From the NCBI GenBank assembly GCA_021847245.1, contig JAJZUC010000004.1:10478-74477 (forward strand): a DNA stretch of 64,000 nucleotides. Reading direction: 5' to 3'. The notes under the pieces are model-generated. The model ran no database searches. It was not told where the DNA came from and saw nothing but the letters and a program-made list of their open reading frames with translations. The position numbers and the translations under genes were made by a program. Shown piece by piece: positions 58,671-64,000 of this stretch (within the stretch, counting starts at the first letter, position 1; each line of letters starts with the position of its first letter). This DNA comes from Deltaproteobacteria bacterium (GTDB lineage: Bacteria; Desulfobacterota; Desulfuromonadia; Geobacterales; Geobacteraceae).

Positions 58671-59474
58671 ATGTACCGGGAATTTTACGGGCTGAAGGAA
58701 AAGCCGTTCTCCAAGACCCCCGACCCGCGCTACCTCTTTCTTTCCAGGGGGCACCGGGAGGCGCTCGCCCGTCTGCAGTACGCGGTGGAGGAACGGGAGC
58801 TGGCGCTGCTCACCGGCGACATCGGCTGCGGCAAGACCACCATATCCCGTGCTCTCATGGATGCCATGGGGGAGGAGTGCCGGTTTTGCTTCATCGTCAA
58901 CCCGCGGCTCACCCCCCCGGAGTTTCTCCGTGTCGTGGCCCGCAGTATCGGGGTGGATAGCCCGGCCGCCGCCAAGGACGAGTTGCTGAAACAGCTCGGC
59001 GAGGCGGTACTCGTTCTCCGCGCCGAGGGGCGCTGCCCGGTCATCGTGATCGATGAGGCCCAGCTTATCCCGGACCGGGAGCTGTTCGATGAAATCAGGC
59101 TCCTGACCAACTTCCAGCTCGATGATCAGAACCTGATGAGCGTGGTGCTGATGGGACAGCCCGAGCTGCGGCAGATTTTGGCCGATCCGGTCCACGAGCC
59201 GCTTCGCCAGCGGATCGCCATGCATTATCACCTCCAGCCCCTGACCCTGGAAGAGACCCTCGAGTATATCGATTTTCGACTCGAGGTGGCGGGGGGGACC
59301 CCGGGGCTTTTTTCCCCCGATGCGGTACGCCGGATCTACGACCTGTCGGGGGGGGTTCCGCGCAAGATCAACATCCTCGCCACCAACGCGCTCCTTGTGG
59401 GCTTCGGGAGAGATGTTTCCTGGATCGATGCGTCGCTGGTGGAGGAGTTGAGGGACGAGGCAAGCCTGTACTGA
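58671..59474 (+). CDS. ExeA/GspA/MshM-family AAA+ ATPase (stand-alone)
   Basis: MYREFYGLKEKPFSKTPDP, Walker A GDIGCGKTT, Walker B IVIDEAQ, MGQPEL, SGGVPRKIN. Confidence 0.92.
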   Translation: MYREFYGLKEKPFSKTPDPRYLFLSRGHREALARLQYAVEERELALLTGDIGCGKTTISRALMDAMGEECRFCFIVNPRLTPPEFLRVVARSIGVDSPAAAKDELLKQLGEAVLVLRAEGRCPVIVIDEAQLIPDRELFDEIRLLTNFQLDDQNLMSVVLMGQPELRQILADPVHEPLRQRIAMHYHLQPLTLEETLEYIDFRLEVAGGTPGLFSPDAVRRIYDLSGGVPRKINILATNALLVGFGRDVSWIDASLVEELRDEASLY

Positions 59475-59552
59475 CGGCAGGGGAGCTCTTGCGTTGTCTG
59501 CTCTCCCGGAAACCGCTGCCGGCGCGACTGCATCGTCTTTGTCGCTGAACCA

Positions 59553-59561
59553 TGGTATGAT
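59553..59561 (+). promoter_or_regulatory. Possible internal extended -10 promoter upstream of cheW
   Basis: TGG-TATGAT in a ~130-bp intergenic gap, preceded by an imperfect CGGCAG...CTGCCG hairpin. Confidence 0.4.
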
Positions 59562-59602
59562 TGCAAAAAGACTTCGTGTTACGGGCTTCGGGGCGAGTGA
59601 TC

Positions 59603-60343
59603 ATGATGGATATTGCCGAAATACGAAAAAAAGCTCAGAAGGAACGGGAACAGGGGAAAGGTACTCCCCGACCGGCTGGTGCATCGGACATTCGCGAGGA
59701 ATCGGTTCCGGCGGCGGAGCAGTTCGAGACCGCGGCTGTCCCAGACTACGACGATTTCTTCTCGCCGGCGTCCGGGTCTTTTCCCGTCACAGTGCCGACG
59801 CATTTGCCGGTTCCCCGGGATCCCCTGGCCATTATCCTGGAAGGGCGAAAGGCTGCCCTGGTGGAGGAGCTTCTTCCTGCCAGCGCCGATGCAGAGACGG
59901 CGCAGGAGGGAGTCGAAGCGCTGGAAATCCTTTGTTTCCGGGTCGCTAATGAAGTCTACGGCATCGACATCATGGAGCTCAGGGAAATCATCAAACCGCG
60001 CGAAACCACGGAGGTTCCCCATGCTCCGGCGTTCGTCGCCGGCGTACTCTCCCTGCGCGGCATCATCATCCCGGTCTTCGTTCTTCGGCAGCGGCTCGGC
60101 CTCGGCGAGGCCGCCGTCCGGAGCAAGGAGCGGATCATCGTGGTCAAGCGCGGCGACGGTTTCTCCGGTATTCTCGTCGATGAGGTGACCCAGGTGGTGC
60201 GGATCGATGCCGGCTCGGTCGAGCACCCCCCCGCCGTGCTTGAGGGCATAGATCGCGACTTTGTCGGCGGGATCGGGCGGCACGAGGGGAAAATCATCAT
60301 TCTCCTCAATCTCGATAAGGTTCTGGACGCGGCCCTCTGCTGA
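59603..60343 (+). CDS. cheW: CheW with long N-terminal extension
   Basis: LCFRVANEVYGIDI, VPHAPAFVAGVLSLRGIIIPV, GILVDEV. Confidence 0.92.
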   Translation: MMDIAEIRKKAQKEREQGKGTPRPAGASDIREESVPAAEQFETAAVPDYDDFFSPASGSFPVTVPTHLPVPRDPLAIILEGRKAALVEELLPASADAETAQEGVEALEILCFRVANEVYGIDIMELREIIKPRETTEVPHAPAFVAGVLSLRGIIIPVFVLRQRLGLGEAAVRSKERIIVVKRGDGFSGILVDEVTQVVRIDAGSVEHPPAVLEGIDRDFVGGIGRHEGKIIILLNLDKVLDAALC

Positions 60344-60360
60344 ACGGAGGGGAAAGGTAA

Positions 60361-60738
60361 ATGGCCATGAACAGGAAGAAGATTCTGATCGTCGAGGACG
60401 AGGAGAGTCTCCTCAAGTTGGAGAGCATTCTCCTTTCCTCCCGCGGTTATGCCGTCACGGGGGTGCTCAGCGGCATGGCGGCCCTTGAGCAGATCGCCGT
60501 CGTCAAGCCGGATCTGGTGATTCTGGACATCATGCTCCCCGAAATGGACGGGTTCGAGGTCTGCCGGCGGATCAAGGCGAATCCTGAAACCAGCCATATC
60601 CCGATCATCATGCTGACTGCCAAGAAGAGCAGCCAGGACCAGAAGAAGGGACTAGACGCCGGGGCCGCCGCCTACGTGACCAAGCCGTTCAAGTCTGCCC
60701 GCATCATGGAAATAATTCAGGGGCTCATCGCCGGTTGA
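60361..60738 (+). CDS. Single-domain response regulator (receiver)
   Basis: VEDE, LDIMLP, MLTAK, YVTKPF. Confidence 0.92.
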   Translation: MAMNRKKILIVEDEESLLKLESILLSSRGYAVTGVLSGMAALEQIAVVKPDLVILDIMLPEMDGFEVCRRIKANPETSHIPIIMLTAKKSSQDQKKGLDAGAAAYVTKPFKSARIMEIIQGLIAG

Positions 60739-60775
60739 TTCCCGCAACCGTACCGCAAACACCAAAGGGATGACG

Positions 60776-61267
60776 ATGGAAAGTGACATCCAGGAAATTC
60801 AGCTCGCGTGCTTCCGCATCGGTGATGCCTCTTTTGCCGCCGACATCATGCGGATCAAGGAGATCATCCGCCCCCAGAAAATGACGCGGCTTCCCAAGGC
60901 CCCCCCCTTCGTCGAGGGGGTCATCAACCTGCGCGGCAACGTGATTCCGGTCGTCGATCTGCGCAAGCGTTTCGACCTCCCCGAGCGTGCGGCGCTGGAA
61001 GAATCGCGGTTGCTGGTGGTGACGGTGGCGCGGCAGCTGGTGGGGCTCGTGGTGGATGACGTCACCGAGGTCGTCACGGTCCAGGTTCACGACATCAAGC
61101 CGCCGCCGCAGGTGGTCGAAGGGGTCGGCGCCGAGTACCTCATCGGGGTCTGCCTGGTGCGCGAGACGCTGATCATGCTCCTCAATCTCGACCGGATTCT
61201 CAGCAGTCGTGAGGCATCAGTGCTCGCCGGAATTTCCGGGATGAGCGAGGGGGCTGCGGCGCATTGA
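60776..61267 (+). CDS. cheW: Chemotaxis scaffold CheW
   Basis: IKEII, PKAPPFVEGVINLRGNVIPVVDLR, GLVVDDV. Confidence 0.94.
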   Translation: MESDIQEIQLACFRIGDASFAADIMRIKEIIRPQKMTRLPKAPPFVEGVINLRGNVIPVVDLRKRFDLPERAALEESRLLVVTVARQLVGLVVDDVTEVVTVQVHDIKPPPQVVEGVGAEYLIGVCLVRETLIMLLNLDRILSSREASVLAGISGMSEGAAAH

Positions 61268-61435
61268 CGGATGGGGCAGCCTCCCCTACGCCCGGGGTGG
61301 CCGCGTTCCTGTGCCCCTTGACCGGTTCCCTCCTGCTTCGTCGTGTCAGGGCATTTTGAACGGGTCCGGTTCTCCCGTCGCCATCACTTGACACCAGGCA
61401 GCAATCTCCCCGCAGGTAAGACAAGGAGCTTTTCA

Positions 61436-63439
61436 TTGGACCAACTGCACAGTCTCAACGAACGCCTCCACGCCCCGGATGAGGAGGAACGTCGCCGGGC
61501 GGTGATCAGCCTCGCCTCCCGCCCGCTCGCCGACGTGCGGCATCTTCTCTTCGACGCCATGGGAGACCTCAGCTGGCGGGTCCGCAAGGAGGCGGTAAAC
61601 ATCGTTCTCGGCGCGGATCCGGATGAGTCGGCAGTGGAAGGGCTCGTCGGGCTCCTTGCCTCCCCCGACAATGCCGGTCTTCGCAACTCGGCGGTGGAGG
61701 CGCTGGAGCGGCTCGGCAGCAGGGCGGTTCCCGCGCTTCTGCGGCGTATCAACGACCAGGACCGGGATGTCCGGAAGTTTGTCATCGACATTCTCGGCAA
61801 CATCGCTGATCGTTCGTGCATCCCCTCTCTGGTCGGCGCACTTCGCGACCAGGATGCCAATGTCTCCGCCGCGGCTGCCGAGAATCTCGGGAAGATTGGA
61901 GATCCCCGCGCCGTTCCCCATCTCGTGGACGCCCTGGCGGTGAACGACGTCTGGTTCCGTTATTCGCTCCTCGGCGCCCTCGCCCGGATCGGCGAGGCGG
62001 TCTCCTTTGCGGTGCTTGCCCCCCTTGCCGCGGATGCCCTCCTCAAACGTCCCGTTTTCGAATGCCTGGGGGCGGTGGGGGATGCGGAGGCGGTTCCGCT
62101 GTTGGTCGAGGGACTGGCGGAGAAGGTGCGTACCACGCGGGAGGCGGCGGCGACGGCCCTTGTTCGGCTGAGGGGACGTTTGCCCGCTCCGGTCGCGACG
62201 TCGGAAGTCGATATGCGGCTTGCGGCGCTCAGAGGGTCGGCTTGTGTCGACGGACTGCTGGTTTCGCTGGATACCCCCGACCATGGCGTGTACGAGGCGC
62301 TCGTGAGAATTCTCGGCACCATCGGCGATGAACGCGCTGCCGTGGCCCTGCTGCAGGGGTGCCGCGACGAGCGGCTCAGGCGTCTCTGCCTCCAGGGGTT
62401 CCGGGTCATGGATGAACGCGGCATGGCCGCGCTGATGGAGTTCTACCCTGTCGCCGACGACGAGGAGCGGGCCTACATCATGCACGTCTGGGGGGAGACC
62501 GGGTTCGCGGGCTGTGCGCCCCATCTCTCGGAAGGGATGCACAGCGGGCGGCCGATGCTTCGTCGGGTCTCCGCGCTGGCTGCCGGCAAAATCGGGCTGG
62601 TCGCTCTTCTGGAGAATGTGGCGGCGCTGCTTGACGATCACGATCCCGAGGTCCGGGAGGGAGCGGTGTCTGCCCTTGCCCAACTGGCAACCGTCGGGGG
62701 AGAGCGCGTCCGGGGAATTGCCCAGACCCTCGCCTCGGCGGAGGCCTCCGAGACGCGGCGCTCCGCGACGCGCCTCTACGCCGCCCTGGCCGACACGGAG
62801 CGCCTGGCGCTCCTCGTGAAGGATGAGGATCCCCTCGTGCGGCGCAGCGCGGTATGCGCATTGGCCGGTCTGCACGATCCCGAGTGCCTCGGCAGCCTGG
62901 TGATGGCACTCATGGACGAAGACCCCGACGTGCGAATTGCCGCCGTTGCGGGTATCGGGGGACTGGGAGGAAACGAGGCGCCGGAACCTCTGCTGCTGGC
63001 CCTGCGCGACGACGACCCGTGGGTGCAGAGCGCAGCTCTCAAGGCCTTGGGAAGATACGGCGGGAGCAAGGTCCTCGATGCCATCGAAGGGCTTCTCCCC
63101 GAGGTTGGAGGGGTGGTGCTCATAACCGCCCTGGAGACCCTCGCCGCGATGGAAGGGGAGCGGGCTGCGGTGCTCGTGAAGCAATGTCTCGACAATCCCG
63201 ATGAAGAAGTGGTCAAGTCTGCCATCGACATCCTCGCCAAAGGGGATGCGGGATGGATCGAGGAGTATCTCGAGCGGCTCCTCGCCCATCCTCACTGGGA
63301 GGTGCGGGCGACGTTCGTCCGCGCAATGGTGCAACTTCTCGGCGCAGGGGCGCTGCCGCATCTGGAGCGTGCCCTGGAGTCGGAGAGCGACGAACTGGTT
63401 CGCGTGCAGCTTCGCGATCTGATCGGAAGGTTGGTCTGA
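61436..63439 (+). CDS. HEAT/PBS-lyase repeat protein
   Basis: Many LxDxDxxVRxxAxxALG repeats; AAGGAG SD before TTG at 61436. Confidence 0.9.
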   Translation: MDQLHSLNERLHAPDEEERRRAVISLASRPLADVRHLLFDAMGDLSWRVRKEAVNIVLGADPDESAVEGLVGLLASPDNAGLRNSAVEALERLGSRAVPALLRRINDQDRDVRKFVIDILGNIADRSCIPSLVGALRDQDANVSAAAAENLGKIGDPRAVPHLVDALAVNDVWFRYSLLGALARIGEAVSFAVLAPLAADALLKRPVFECLGAVGDAEAVPLLVEGLAEKVRTTREAAATALVRLRGRLPAPVATSEVDMRLAALRGSACVDGLLVSLDTPDHGVYEALVRILGTIGDERAAVALLQGCRDERLRRLCLQGFRVMDERGMAALMEFYPVADDEERAYIMHVWGETGFAGCAPHLSEGMHSGRPMLRRVSALAAGKIGLVALLENVAALLDDHDPEVREGAVSALAQLATVGGERVRGIAQTLASAEASETRRSATRLYAALADTERLALLVKDEDPLVRRSAVCALAGLHDPECLGSLVMALMDEDPDVRIAAVAGIGGLGGNEAPEPLLLALRDDDPWVQSAALKALGRYGGSKVLDAIEGLLPEVGGVVLITALETLAAMEGERAAVLVKQCLDNPDEEVVKSAIDILAKGDAGWIEEYLERLLAHPHWEVRATFVRAMVQLLGAGALPHLERALESESDELVRVQLRDLIGRLV

Positions 63440-64000
63440 TGTTCGGTTTCGAATCTGAAATCACCATGAACGATGAGGAGTTTCGCCTCATTCGGGACCT
63501 CATTTACAGCCACTGCGGCCTCTTCTTCGACACCGATGCCGCCTATCTGCTGGAGAAGCGGCTCGGAAAGCGACTGGAGCTCCACCATCTTTCCGGGTTC
63601 CGCGACTACTATCATTTCCTCAAGTACAACAGGAACAAGGATCAGGAACTCGCCGATATCATGGATATTCTCACGACTAACGAGACCTACTTTTTCCGTG
63701 AGGCGTTCCAGCTCAAGGCGTTCACCGACGAGATTATTCCCGAAATCCGCGAGGCCAAGCTAAAGAGCGGCGACCGTTCGCTCAGGATCTGGAGTGCCGG
63801 CTGCTCCAGCGGCGAGGAGCCTTACACCATCGCCATGCTGCTTCTGGAGATGGGGGGATTTGCCGGCTGGAACGTCGAGATCATCGGTACGGACATCAGC
63901 CAGCGGGTAATCCAGCAGGCGCGCAAGGGGCTCTACGGCAAGTCGTCGTTCCGCGTGACCGACGAGACCTATATCCGGCGTTATTTTAATGAGCAGGACG
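63439..64000 (+). CDS. cheR: Chemotaxis methyltransferase CheR (3'-partial)
   Basis: Hand translation from ATG 63439 (TGATG overlap): MFGFESEITMNDEEFRLIRDLIYSHCG...TTNETYFFRE...IWSAGCSSGEEPYTIAM...GTDIS. Confidence 0.96.
   Translation, partial: MFGFESEITMNDEEFRLIRDLIYSHCGLFFDTDAAYLLEKRLGKRLELHHLSGFRDYYHFLKYNRNKDQELADIMDILTTNETYFFREAFQLKAFTDEIIPEIREAKLKSGDRSLRIWSAGCSSGEEPYTIAMLLLEMGGFAGWNVEIIGTDISQRVIQQARKGLYGKSSFRVTDETYIRRYFNEQD

Noticed and set aside
56628-59231. 867-aa antisense ORF over cheA/exeA, and similar long antisense ORFs at 1321-2760, 4543-6243, 9263-10696, 12956-14473 and 61433-63361
   Set aside because: Shadow ORFs expected from high-GC codon bias opposite well-conserved genes; they show no recognisable motifs.
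61273-61289. GGGGCAGCCTCCCCTAC as a second GTAG-REP copy on the minus strand
   Set aside because: Only GTAGGGG matches; the stem is short and imperfect and has no partner unit.
63473-63763. 96-aa ORF MRSFASFG...
   Set aside because: Out-of-frame overlap with cheR, which runs off the window end and so was not listed in the track.

Overview
High-GC, gene-dense chromosomal segment whose gene order and protein sequences fit a Geobacteraceae-like deltaproteobacterium (taxon inferred, not searched). In order: dgkA/PAP2 (partial)-corC-lnt-prfB (programmed +1 frameshift)-SPOR/NlpC lipoprotein-DUF1015-FKBP-DUF4140-like-RCC1 lipoprotein; an envelope cluster lysS-lolC/E-lolD-bamA-skp-lpxD-fabZ-lpxA-gnnA-gnnB-lpxB-msbA-waaA-lpxK-Trm112-like; an LPS core cluster with three GT9s, GT4/GT2 enzymes, an ArnT-like transferase, two epimerases and a ~3.6 kb AT-rich four-gene amino-sugar cassette; housekeeping genes (yicC-gmk-rpoZ-rel-ridA, rpmB, ydcF, metG-ricT-holB-tmk, rnc-radical SAM-era-der); and the 5' part of an atypical chemosensory operon (DUF4388/GAF-cheY-cheA-ExeA-like ATPase-cheW-receiver-cheW-HEAT-cheR partial). 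I found no rRNA, tRNA, CRISPR array or transposase. Most content is conserved housekeeping. The best leads are: the chemosensory operon, whose first protein carries a degenerate tandem MshEN (cyclic-dinucleotide-binding) motif and which also encodes an ExeA-type ATPase; a possible diaminoglucose plus galacturonate lipid A/core pathway; four-Cys clusters on all three heptosyltransferases; a perfect GTAG-REP doublet; and a tandem-repeat coiled-coil protein.
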